A stretch of 64,000 nucleotides of DNA from Halorarum halobium (GTDB lineage Archaea; Halobacteriota; Halobacteria; Halobacteriales; Haloferacaceae), in the NCBI RefSeq assembly GCF_032116555.1, contig NZ_CP134951.1, positions 62,001-126,000 of the forward strand, written 5' to 3'. Each line of letters opens with the position of its first letter. Position 1 is the first letter of the stretch. Below are positions 28,425 through 37,497 of the stretch, piece by piece. A model generated the notes under the pieces. That model ran no database searches and had not been told where the DNA came from. It saw nothing but the letters and a program-made list of their open reading frames with translations. Position numbers and translations under genes: made by a program.

Positions 28425-28505
28425 GGTGTCGTGTTGGGTGAGGAGGTCAAAAAGGATGCCGTCCGCGCCAGTCCGGTGTCGTCCGGGCCTGTTGTCGCCT
28501 CGGCC

Positions 28506-28640
28506 GCATCGAACGCCCCCGCGGCTGTCGGCTCGGTGCGGCCGCTGCGCGCTTCGCGCTCCCTGCGGTCGTTCCGGTACTCGTCCCTCGCGCGCGTCGT
28601 CTCTCCCCTGCGGGGCTCGCCGTCACGCGCGACAGCCGGC
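28506..28640. repeat. Intergenic REP/MITE-like element, copy 2, with CGGCTGTCG...CGACAGCCG inverted repeat
   Basis: Similar to 22423-22510; 9-bp inverted repeat at 28522-28530 and 28630-28638. Confidence 0.6.
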
Positions 28641-28671
28641 TGCTCTCCGGTCTCGTAAACCGGGAAACCGG

Positions 28672-29145
28672 TCAGTCGTCGGCGTACGGCTCCATCGCCG
28701 AGCGGAGGTCGTCGGGCAACTCCATCGAGCCGTCGCCGCCGTGGTGGGCACAGACCCGCTGCTCGTGGCCCGAGAACGCCACCTCGCCGTCGTTCCGCGC
28801 GACGTACTCGAACCGCACGCTCCGGGTGCCCAGTTCCGGGGTCAACTCAATGCTCACCTCGTCGCCCGCCTCCACCGGCGCTTCGAACTCGAAGTCCATC
28901 TCCACGAGCGGCAGCCCGAACCCGTGCTCCTGTGAGATCTCCCAGAACGGGAAGCCGACCGCCTGCATGAACATGTCCGAGGTCTCGTGGAGCGCGTCCA
29001 CGATGCGCGGGTAGTGCGCGATGCCGAACGGGTCCGTGTCCGAGAACCGGACCGTCCAGACGCGCTCGAAGCCCCCGTCCGCTCCGTCCGGTCCGTTCGC
29101 CCCGTCCACTTCGTCCGGCCCGTCCCGCTCGCCACCGTCACTCAT
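28672..29145 (-). CDS. Hotdog-fold acyl-CoA thioesterase (4-hydroxybenzoyl-CoA thioesterase family)
   Basis: VRFSDTDPFGIAHYPR, LPLVEMDFEFEAP. Confidence 0.88.
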   Translation of the reverse strand: MSDGGERDGPDEVDGANGPDGADGGFERVWTVRFSDTDPFGIAHYPRIVDALHETSDMFMQAVGFPFWEISQEHGFGLPLVEMDFEFEAPVEAGDEVSIELTPELGTRSVRFEYVARNDGEVAFSGHEQRVCAHHGGDGSMELPDDLRSAMEPYADD

Positions 29146-29887
29146 CGCCCGCACCTCCGTCCAGCACGACGAGCGCGTCGAGCGCGACCGCCCCGTCGTC
29201 GGTCGACAGCACCGGGTTCACGTCCACCTGCGCGACCGCCTCGCGCTCGACGAGCAGGTCGCCGACCGCACACACCACGTCCGCGAGCGCGTCCACGTCG
29301 GCGGCGGGCCGGCCGCGGTAGCCCGAAAGCAGCCTGGCGGCGGTCAGTTCCTCGACGGCCTCGCGCGCCTCGGCGCGGTCGAGCGGCGCGAGCCGGTGGC
29401 TCGTGTCCTCGTACACCTCGGTGAAGACCCCGCCGAGCCCCGTCAGCACCACCGGCCCGAACGACGGGTCGCGCAGGCCGCCGACGATGACCTCCGTGCC
29501 GGCGTCCACGTCGCGCGCCTCCTCGACGAGCACCGCGGCGTCGATGCCCTCGTCCTCGGCCGCGTCGAAGACGCGCTCGGCGGCCGCCGCGACCGCCTCA
29601 CTGGAGTCGAGTCCCAGCGCGACGCCCGCGCCGTCGGCCCACTCGCTCTTGTGGGTGACCGCCGGCGATGACACCTTCAGGACGACCGGGAAGCCAAGAT
29701 CGGCCGCCGCATCGGCCGCGGATTCGGGGTCGGCGGCGACGGCGAACTCGGTCGTCTCGACGCCCGCCTCCGCGAGCAGCGACTTGGCTTCCGCCTCGGT
29801 GAGCGTCGTCCGTCCGTCCGCCCGCGCCGCCGCGACGGGGTCGGCGGACGGGTCGCCGGCGGGCGCGCCCGAACCGGCATCAGACAT
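29138..29887 (-). CDS. acdB: ADP-forming acyl-CoA synthetase beta (ATP-grasp) subunit
   Basis: LTEAEAKSLL, GFPVVLKV, HKSE, DPSFGPVV, DVNPV. Confidence 0.85.
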   Translation of the reverse strand: MSDAGSGAPAGDPSADPVAAARADGRTTLTEAEAKSLLAEAGVETTEFAVAADPESAADAAADLGFPVVLKVSSPAVTHKSEWADGAGVALGLDSSEAVAAAAERVFDAAEDEGIDAAVLVEEARDVDAGTEVIVGGLRDPSFGPVVLTGLGGVFTEVYEDTSHRLAPLDRAEAREAVEELTAARLLSGYRGRPAADVDALADVVCAVGDLLVEREAVAQVDVNPVLSTDDGAVALDALVVLDGGAGDE

Positions 29888-31256
29888 CGGCGCTCACCTC
29901 CTCGGACACACCAGTTTTCCCGAGTTCCGCGAAGCGGGCCAGCAGCGCGGTCGCCTCGGCGGCGCGCTCGGGCGAGGTGAACGTCGGCACGCCCGCCTCC
30001 CGGAGCGCCGCGAGTTCGTCGTCCATCGCCCCGGGCGGCCCCTCGGTGGCGAACAGCACCGGCTTCCCGACGCGCTCGGCGAGCCCGTCGAGCGTCTCGA
30101 CCGGGTAGCCGAGCGCCTCCTCGAACAGCTCGTAGACGAGGACGACGTCCACGGCGTCGTCCTCGGCGACCGCCTCGACCACCTCGCCGAACTCGGGCAT
30201 CGGCCGGCCCGTGTCGACGGGGTTGCCGGCGAAGGTGATGCCCGGGAGGATCTCCTCGACCCGCTCTCGCGTCTCGGGGCCGAGATCGGGGAGGCTCGCG
30301 CCGCCCCGCTGGAGCCGGTCGGCGACGATGATGCCCGGGCCGGCCTGGGCGGTCACGACGCCCACGTTCGCGCCGGCGGGCGCCGGCGAGTCGGCGAGCG
30401 CGACGCCGGCGTCGAGCAGCGCCGCCGTGGAGTCGACCGTCGGCACGCCGTACTGGGCGAAGCCGGCGGTGTAGAGGTCGTGATCGCCCGTCAGCGCGCC
30501 CGTGTGCGACTCGGCGAACTCGCCGACGTCGGACTGGCCGACCTTGTACGCCGCGACGGGCGTTTCGGCCGCGCGGCACGTTTCGAGCAGCGAGCGGCCG
30601 TCGTCGGTGCCCTCGACGTGGAGGATCACGGCGTCGGTGGCGTCGTCGCCGTCGAAGTACTCGATCGCCGCCTCGAAGCCGACGTTCGCCCGGTTGCCCA
30701 GCCCGACCATCGCCGAGACGCCGCGCCCCTCGCGGAGCGCCTGAAACGCGAGCTGGTGGGCGACGCCGCCGCTCTGGGCGACGATGGCGACGTTGCCGGC
30801 CGGGAGCCGCTCGACGCCGCCGGCGAAGGAGGCGAGCAGGTCGTCCCGCGGGACGACGAAGCCGCTCGTGTTCGGCCCGAGCAGCGCGAGGTCGCCCTCG
30901 GCAGCGATCGAGACGATCTCGTCCTGGAGCTCCTCGCCCTCGTCGCCGGCCTCCGCGAAGCCGCCGGCGTAGATGACGGCCCCGCCGACGTCGGCCGCGA
31001 CGCACTCGGCGAGCACGTCGGGGACGACCGGGCCGGGGACACACAGCAGCGCGAGGTCGACCGGCTCGTCGACGTCGGTCACGGACGCCACGAACGGCTC
31101 GCCGAACACCGACCCCTCGCCGGAGGGGTTGACGGGGTAGACGCGCCCGTCGAACGCGACCGCGTTCGCCATCGCCTCGTAGCCGATCTTCCCCTCGGTG
31201 CTCGAGGCCCCGACGACCGCGACGGTTTCCGGGCTGAACAGGCGTGTCAGGTTCAC
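29880..31256 (-). CDS. acdA: ADP-forming acyl-CoA synthetase alpha (CoA-binding) subunit
   Basis: LFSPETVAVVGAS, LLGPNTSG, AQSGG, phospho-His motif SHTGAL, NPVD; GTG start. Confidence 0.85.
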   Translation of the reverse strand: MNLTRLFSPETVAVVGASSTEGKIGYEAMANAVAFDGRVYPVNPSGEGSVFGEPFVASVTDVDEPVDLALLCVPGPVVPDVLAECVAADVGGAVIYAGGFAEAGDEGEELQDEIVSIAAEGDLALLGPNTSGFVVPRDDLLASFAGGVERLPAGNVAIVAQSGGVAHQLAFQALREGRGVSAMVGLGNRANVGFEAAIEYFDGDDATDAVILHVEGTDDGRSLLETCRAAETPVAAYKVGQSDVGEFAESHTGALTGDHDLYTAGFAQYGVPTVDSTAALLDAGVALADSPAPAGANVGVVTAQAGPGIIVADRLQRGGASLPDLGPETRERVEEILPGITFAGNPVDTGRPMPEFGEVVEAVAEDDAVDVVLVYELFEEALGYPVETLDGLAERVGKPVLFATEGPPGAMDDELAALREAGVPTFTSPERAAEATALLARFAELGKTGVSEEVSADV

Positions 31257-31427
31257 GGTTTGCTGTTGGCTGATGTCACCAAATCGTTTTCCCTGACGTG
31301 TCGTCGGCTCGTCCGTCGGTGCGTTTGGGGGGCTTTCGAGGCGTGCGTCACGACAACCGACCAACCTCCACGATCCGCCGCGAACGAGGAGTAGGTTTAT
31401 GCGAGGCGATAGTCAACGACTCCCACA

Positions 31428-32177
31428 ATGGCGTTACTGGAGGGCGAACATCTGACGAAGCGCTTCGGCGGGGTCGTCGCCGTCGACGACGTCTCGTTCT
31501 CGATCGACCGGGGCGAGGCGGTCGGGCTCATCGGACCGAACGGCGCGGGCAAGTCCACGCTGTTCCGACTCATCACCGGCGTCCACTCGCCGACCGAGGG
31601 CACCGTCACGCTCGACGGCGAGGTCATCACCGGCCGGAAACCGTACCAGATCTGTCACCGCGGGCTGGTGAAGACCCACCAGATCGTCAAGCCGCTGGAG
31701 GGGCTCACGCTGCTGGAGAACGCGACCGTCGGCGCGGAGTTCGGCGGCCGTGACCCCGAACATCCCGAGGAGCGGGCCTACGAGGCCCTGGAGTTCGTCG
31801 GGCTCGACCACATCGCGCACGACGAGCCGGACGAGCTGAGCGTCGGCGCGCTCAAGCGACTGGAGATCGCCCGCGTGCTGGCGACCGACCCCGAGGTGCT
31901 GCTGCTCGACGAGGTCGCTGGCGGGCTCGACACCGAGGAGACCGAGGAGATCGTCGACCTCATCCGCGAGATCCGGGACCGCGGGACGACGGTGTTCCTC
32001 ATCGACCACGTGATGCGCGCGCTCATGTCGGTCAGCGAGCGCGTGTTCGTCCTCGACAAGGGCGAACTCATCGCGGAGGGCACCCCCGAGGAGATCCAGA
32101 ACGACGAGCACGTCATCGAGGCGTACCTCGGCGAGAGCGCCGCGCGCGACCACGCCGGCACGGCCGCGGGCGACTGA
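31428..32177 (+). CDS. livG: Branched-chain-type ABC ATPase (LivG-like)
   Basis: KRFGGVVAVDDVS, GPNGAGKST, LLLDEVAGGL, VIEAYLG. Confidence 0.9.
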   Translation: MALLEGEHLTKRFGGVVAVDDVSFSIDRGEAVGLIGPNGAGKSTLFRLITGVHSPTEGTVTLDGEVITGRKPYQICHRGLVKTHQIVKPLEGLTLLENATVGAEFGGRDPEHPEERAYEALEFVGLDHIAHDEPDELSVGALKRLEIARVLATDPEVLLLDEVAGGLDTEETEEIVDLIREIRDRGTTVFLIDHVMRALMSVSERVFVLDKGELIAEGTPEEIQNDEHVIEAYLGESAARDHAGTAAGD

Positions 32178-32256
32178 CCCACGGGTTCACGGGTCGCCAT
32201 GGCGACCGGCGACCGACGCGGTCGGTCCGGTCGGGTTCGGCCACCGCTCGCTCCGG

Positions 32257-32883
32257 CTACTCCGGCTTTCCGATGAAGTTCACGAACCGCTCCAGCGTCC
32301 CGCTCGCCCCGTCGGTCACCGACGAGCCGTGGTACACGAGGCCGACGTCGAACTCGTAGCCCAGCAGCCGCTCGAGGCTCTCGTCGGCCCGCGCGAGGTC
32401 GGCCGAGAAGAACGCGGTCGGCAACACGAAGCCTCCCTCGGGCAGCCCCCGCGCGTCCGAGCCGAACACGGCGTCGCCCAGCACCGCGACGCCGGCGTCC
32501 TCGTCCACGAGCGAATGGTGGTGGTCGGCGTGGCCGGGCGTGTGGACGGCCGTAAACCGCCCGACTGCGTCGCCGTCCCCGTACCGACGGGTCGGCTCGT
32601 GGTCGTCCAGTTCCAGCCCCTCCGGGGCCCACGTCTCCAGGTCGTAGCGCTCGGCCAGCCCCGCGACCCCGCCGACGTGGTCGGGATCGCCGTGGGTCAG
32701 GACGAGCCGTTCGGGCTCGACCCCGAGTTCGTCGAGCCGGTCGGCGACGACGTCCACGGTGTCGGCGAACGCCGCGTCGACGAGCGTCGGGACCTCGCCG
32801 TCGAACAGGAACACGCGGTAGCGCCCGCCGTTCAGTTCGGCCACGGTCAGATCGTAGACGTCCGGCGCGATCTCGTCGGTCAT
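32257..32883 (-). CDS. Metallo-beta-lactamase-fold hydrolase
   Basis: TLVD, LTHGDPDHVGG, HTPGH, LGDA, YHG. Confidence 0.85.
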   Translation of the reverse strand: MTDEIAPDVYDLTVAELNGGRYRVFLFDGEVPTLVDAAFADTVDVVADRLDELGVEPERLVLTHGDPDHVGGVAGLAERYDLETWAPEGLELDDHEPTRRYGDGDAVGRFTAVHTPGHADHHHSLVDEDAGVAVLGDAVFGSDARGLPEGGFVLPTAFFSADLARADESLERLLGYEFDVGLVYHGSSVTDGASGTLERFVNFIGKPE

Positions 32884-33045
32884 GCGGTCGGGATTCGCCC
32901 CGCCACCGACTAAGCGTTTTCCGCGGTCGGCGACGGGCGAGTTCGGTCGGGCCGGGAAAGCCGCCGATCTCCGGTCGGCGGTCGGGCTCCCCTTCCGGAA
33001 CACCCATAGGACCCCGTGTCGTGGGATGGGACAGATTCGTCACAC

Positions 33046-34488
33046 ATGGCGACCCTCCCCGGCTTCCCCGACGACGCGCTCCCCGACCTCGACCCGTCGT
33101 GGCTATCGGTCCCGGCCGGGCTGGCGGCCGCGGGGCTGGTCCTTCGCTACGCGCCGCTCTCGCCGGACGCGGCGACGATGCTCGCCATCACGGTGTTCAG
33201 CATCTGCCTCTGGATCGGCGCGCCCGTCGAGCCGTGGTTCACCGGGCTGCTGGCGCTCGGGCTCGTCGGCGTGACGTTCTCGACCGAGCTCGCGCTCGTC
33301 GGCTTCCGCTCGCCGGCGACCTGGCTCGTCGTGCTCGGCATCCTGCTGGGCGAGGCGACGAGCCGCAGCGGGCTGGCGAGCCTCGTCGAGCGCTACTCGC
33401 TCCGCGCGCTGGCGCGCCGCGGGACCGGCGACGCGCGGGCCGCCTACCGCTTCCTGCTGGCCGCGCTCTCGGCGGCCGCGCTGGGACTCGTCGTGCTCGT
33501 GCCCTCCTCGCTCGTCCGCGTGCTCATCCTGGGGCCCATCCTCGTCTCCGTGGGCGGCGTGTTCACCGAGCGCCGGCCGAAGATCGGCCTGTTTCTCGGC
33601 CCGCTGTTCGTCACCTACTACGGGGGGACCGGCGTTCTCACCGGGTCGCTCGCCAACATCATCATCACCGGGCTGGTGGAGGCGAACGCCGGCCTCTCGA
33701 TCGGCTGGGTCGAGTGGGCGATGTGGCTCGGGCCGGTGATGGCGGTGGGCCGGTCGGTCGCCATCGCGCTCGTCGCGTACGTCCTCTACCGGCCGCGGGA
33801 CGCGGACGCCGTCTCGGCCCCGGAGGCGGACGATGACGGCGCCTACCCGGGCGAAGCCGGCGGGACGGAGATCGAGGTGTCGGGCGAGCAGTGGCGGATG
33901 CTCGCGTTCCTGCTGGTCGGCGTTGCGATCTGGGCGACCGACTCGCTCCACGGGCTTCACCCGTTCTACGGCGCGCTCGTCGTGACGCTGCTCGCGTTCG
34001 CCCCCCGGATCGGCGTCGTCGGCCCGGACGCGCTCGCGGACGCCGACTTCTCGATCGCCTTCTTCCTCGGCGCCATCTTCGCCATCGCGGAGGGGCTCCG
34101 GCGCACCGCCTTCACGGATCTGGCTGCCGGGGCCATCCTCTCGCGGCTCCCCGAGGGTGCGCCGCTGGCGCTCGTGCTCGCGTTCGTCGTCGTCGCCGCC
34201 ATCGCGCTCACGTTCCTGATGGAGGGGCTCGCGGTCGCCAGCGTGCTCACGCCGGTGCTGGTCCCGTTCGCGGCGGGCGCGGGGGTGCCGCTGCTTCCGG
34301 TCGCGCTCGTCGAGGCGGTCGCGCTGAACACCTACTTCTTCCCGTACCAGTCGGCGGTGCTCGTCGCCATCCTCGGGCTCGACGTCGTCGACTCGCGGGA
34401 ACTCATCCGGATGGCGACAGTCTGCTCGCTCGTGACGCTGCTCGTGCTGGTGCCGATCCAGATCGGAATCTTCGTCGTCGCCCTGTGA
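33046..34488 (+). CDS. SLC13/DASS family (di/tricarboxylate or anion) permease
   Basis: Many hydrophobic helices; PSSLVR, LTGSLANII, FFPYQS. Confidence 0.8.
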   Translation: MATLPGFPDDALPDLDPSWLSVPAGLAAAGLVLRYAPLSPDAATMLAITVFSICLWIGAPVEPWFTGLLALGLVGVTFSTELALVGFRSPATWLVVLGILLGEATSRSGLASLVERYSLRALARRGTGDARAAYRFLLAALSAAALGLVVLVPSSLVRVLILGPILVSVGGVFTERRPKIGLFLGPLFVTYYGGTGVLTGSLANIIITGLVEANAGLSIGWVEWAMWLGPVMAVGRSVAIALVAYVLYRPRDADAVSAPEADDDGAYPGEAGGTEIEVSGEQWRMLAFLLVGVAIWATDSLHGLHPFYGALVVTLLAFAPRIGVVGPDALADADFSIAFFLGAIFAIAEGLRRTAFTDLAAGAILSRLPEGAPLALVLAFVVVAAIALTFLMEGLAVASVLTPVLVPFAAGAGVPLLPVALVEAVALNTYFFPYQSAVLVAILGLDVVDSRELIRMATVCSLVTLLVLVPIQIGIFVVAL

Positions 34489-34557
34489 GCGCCCCGCGGT
34501 CATCGGCGTCCGCCGCCGCCGTCGCCCGCCTCCGTCGCCGACGGGCGCTTGCCCGAC

Positions 34558-36135
34558 TCAGCCGAAGTGCTCCTCGATGACCGACTCGCGCAGCACCGTC
34601 CCCGTGTCGGTCCGGGGGAGCGGGTCGGTCCGGACGGCGTACTCGCGGGGGCGCTTGAAGTCGGCGAGCGAGTCGCTCGCCGTGCAAAAGTCGTCGAGGT
34701 CCGGCGCGTCGACCGAGCCGTCGGTCACGACGACCGCCGTCACGCGACGGCCCCAGCGCTCGTCCTCGATGCCGAACACGAGCGCTTCGCTCACGGCCTC
34801 GTGTGCCTCCAGCGCTCGCTCGACCTCCGCCGGGTAGACGTTCTCGCCGCCGCTCGTGAACATGTTGTCCACGCGATCAACGATGTAGAGGAAGCCGTCC
34901 TCGTCGATCCGCGCGACGTCGCGCGTCCGGAGCCACTCGCCGAAGTAGCTCTTCGCCTGCGCCCGCTCGTTGTCGATGTACCCCTCGGACATGCCCGGCC
35001 CGCGGGCGATGATCTCGCCGCGCTCGCCGGCGTCGACGGTCGCCTCCGGGTCGGGATGCTCGTCCACCGGCGCGGTCTCGACGACGCGAAGCTCCCACGA
35101 GAACGCCTCCTTGCCGATCGTCCCCGGATGCTCGTCCTGGGCGCTCGGGTGCGCGAACGTGAGGTCCGGCCCGGCCTCGGTCATCCCGTACGTGTTGTAG
35201 AGGTGCTCGGAGAGCAGTTCCGTGGTGCGCTCGACGAGGCGCTCGGTGACGATGGCGCCGCCGGTCCGGACGTACTCCAGCGACCCCGTGTCGTAGCCGG
35301 CCTCGGCCTGCACCTCGTTGATGGCGTCGAGCTGGGTCGGCACGGCGAGCAGGCCGGTCGCGCCGTGGGCCTCGACCAGTTCGAGCACCTCCTGCGGGTC
35401 GAAGCTGGGGTGCAGGACGACGGTCGCGCCCGCGAGGAAGTGGGGGTAGAGCCACGCATCGGAGGTGACCATGTGGTACCAGGGCGTCGTCACGACGGCG
35501 GTGTCGGTGACGTCGATGCCGTGTTCCATGACGCCCTGGACCGCGCCGAGCCACAGCTGCTCGCCGTCGAAGCGGACGGCCTTGGGCCGGCTGGTCGTCC
35601 CGCTGGTGTAGAAGACGCTGCACTCCTCGCCCGCCGGGAGGTCCTCGTGGAGGTCGTCGTCAGCGTCCGCGAGCACGTCCTCGTAGGACTCGACGCCGGC
35701 GGCGGCCGCGCCGTCGACGTCGCCGGCGGCATCGAGGGAGGTCAGGTCGGCCTCGCCGGCGTGGATGGCCGTCTCGAACGCGCCCCGCGCGAGCATGGCG
35801 AGCGCGGTCGCGGCGTTCGCGTCGTCGAAGACGAGCGCCTCGGCGTCGGCGGTCTCGGCCATCGCCACGAGCTCGCCGACCTCGCCGCGGAACGAGAGCT
35901 GGACCGTCGCGGCGCCGCGCTTGTGGCCCGCGACCATCGACTCGACCGCGCAGGGCCCGTTCAGCGCGAGCACCGCACAGCGCCCGTCGCCGATGCGCTC
36001 CCGGAGGGCGTTCGACAGGCGCGTGCTCCGTCGGTCGAACTCGCGGTAGGTGAACGAACGGCCGTCGGCGGTGACGACCGCCGTGTCCGCGCCGTGACAT
36101 CGCACCGTGCGGTCGAATGCCTCGAGGAATTTCAT
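34558..36135 (-). CDS. Class I adenylate-forming enzyme (AMP-forming acyl/aryl-CoA ligase)
   Basis: YTSGTTSRPK, YGMTE, SGGENVYPAEVE. Confidence 0.88.
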   Translation of the reverse strand: MKFLEAFDRTVRCHGADTAVVTADGRSFTYREFDRRSTRLSNALRERIGDGRCAVLALNGPCAVESMVAGHKRGAATVQLSFRGEVGELVAMAETADAEALVFDDANAATALAMLARGAFETAIHAGEADLTSLDAAGDVDGAAAAGVESYEDVLADADDDLHEDLPAGEECSVFYTSGTTSRPKAVRFDGEQLWLGAVQGVMEHGIDVTDTAVVTTPWYHMVTSDAWLYPHFLAGATVVLHPSFDPQEVLELVEAHGATGLLAVPTQLDAINEVQAEAGYDTGSLEYVRTGGAIVTERLVERTTELLSEHLYNTYGMTEAGPDLTFAHPSAQDEHPGTIGKEAFSWELRVVETAPVDEHPDPEATVDAGERGEIIARGPGMSEGYIDNERAQAKSYFGEWLRTRDVARIDEDGFLYIVDRVDNMFTSGGENVYPAEVERALEAHEAVSEALVFGIEDERWGRRVTAVVVTDGSVDAPDLDDFCTASDSLADFKRPREYAVRTDPLPRTDTGTVLRESVIEEHFG

Positions 36136-36253
36136 GGTGGCTGAACTGTGTGAACACTCCGCATTTATCCGTTTAAGGATTGCGATGGCCCGCGTCGCAG
36201 TCACGCGAATTCGGCCGACCGGTCGGGGCGAGACGGACGGCGACGGGGTTTTC

Positions 36254-36270
36254 GTTCGCTCTCACCGAAC
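36254..36270. promoter_or_regulatory. Palindromic operator GTTCG-N7-CGAAC upstream of the CoA ligase
   Basis: GTTCGCTCTCACCGAAC. Confidence 0.55.
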
Positions 36271-36285
36271 GGGGATGACGGTCGC

Positions 36286-37053
36286 CTACCGGTAGGCGAG
36301 GTTGAGTTCGACGTCGTTGGTCGAGGCCCGCAGGCGCTCGGCGAGGTCGGTCTCGCAGCGCTCCCGGCTGACGCGGTGGGCGGGGCCGGCGACCGCGAGC
36401 GCGCCGTGGACGGACTCTTCGAACACGAGCGGGACCGCGACGGCGTGGATCCCCTCCAGGTCCTCGCCGAGGTTCAGCCCGTACCCCTGCTCGCGGACGC
36501 GCTCGAGTTCGGCGAGCAGCGCGTCCGGGTCGGTGATGGTGTTGTCCGTCCGCGCCGGCAGGCCGTGGGCGTCGATGATCTCCCGGACCTCGGATTCGGG
36601 AAGCTGTGCGAGGATCGCCTTCCCCCCCGAGTTGCAGTGCATGTACGCCCACGAACCGATGAGCGTGTTGGCGTTGATGTTGGTGCGACCGGCTCGGCCG
36701 TAGAGATACATCAGTCGACCGTTCTCGTGGGCGAGCAGCCAGGCCATCTCCCCCGTCGACTCCACGAGGTCGTCCACGATGGGCTTTGCCGCCTCGTACA
36801 CGTCGTACTGGTTGCGGACGTACTGGCCGTAGCTGAAAAACTGCAGGCCGAGGTGGTAGGTGTCGCCGCGCTTCTCCACGAAGTCGTGGGCCAGCAGCGA
36901 CGCGAGGTGGTCGTGGACCGTGCTCTTCGCGAACCCCGTCCGCGCCGCCAGCTCGGTGACGCCCATCCCGTCGGCCTCGCGGAGCTGTTCGATGATGGAG
37001 AATAGCGTCTCGTCCGATCTCACCCCCCTTCCGTCCGTGGTCTCTCTGGGCAT
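36286..37053 (-). CDS. IclR family transcriptional regulator
   Basis: GVTELA...KSTVHDHL HTH, HCNSGGKAILA, TITDPDAL, VAVP. Confidence 0.93.
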   Translation of the reverse strand: MPRETTDGRGVRSDETLFSIIEQLREADGMGVTELAARTGFAKSTVHDHLASLLAHDFVEKRGDTYHLGLQFFSYGQYVRNQYDVYEAAKPIVDDLVESTGEMAWLLAHENGRLMYLYGRAGRTNINANTLIGSWAYMHCNSGGKAILAQLPESEVREIIDAHGLPARTDNTITDPDALLAELERVREQGYGLNLGEDLEGIHAVAVPLVFEESVHGALAVAGPAHRVSRERCETDLAERLRASTNDVELNLAYR

Positions 37054-37179
37054 ACTCGAACCCAGTGACGCCTGCTACTAAACTCTTCAGCCCGTGCGGC
37101 CGGCGGCGACACGGCCTCCTGGCGTCGTTTCCCCGGGAATCAGCAGCGTCTGATATCCACGTTCCGTCTCTCGATTTTG

Positions 37180-37196
37180 GTTCGGTCAGACCGAAC
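37180..37196. promoter_or_regulatory. Perfect 8-1-8 palindrome, candidate IclR operator
   Basis: GTTCGGTC-A-GACCGAAC. Confidence 0.65.
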
Positions 37197-37291
37197 GAAC
37201 TGTCGTGTTCGTTCACGTTGGTTCGAATCGTCACGAAAATTCCCCCGATTCGGCGAGATTCGGAACCCCTCGCCGCGGTGATCGGTCACTA

Positions 37292-37308
37292 GTTCGGTGA
37301 CACCGAAC
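37292..37308. promoter_or_regulatory. Perfect 8-1-8 palindrome, candidate IclR operator
   Basis: GTTCGGTG-A-CACCGAAC. Confidence 0.65.
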
Positions 37309-37497
37309 GAAGATCCCGCGGCGCGGTCGGCGTGTTACACTGGTACGTCTGTAAGGAGCTCCGCGCTCGGAGGGAGCGACGGGGCGGAACGGGGAAGAGT
37401 GGACGGGCGAAACGGGGAACGGCTGGACGAGCGGAACGACGGGGACGGGTTCGCGTCGGCGTGAAGGGCTCGGGCGTTCGAGCGGGGACGGGGGGCG

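Noticed and set aside
37370..37497. Purine-rich GGGGAAC/GGAC repeats downstream of sph
   Set aside because: Irregular low-complexity tract; possibly a terminator region but no defined structure
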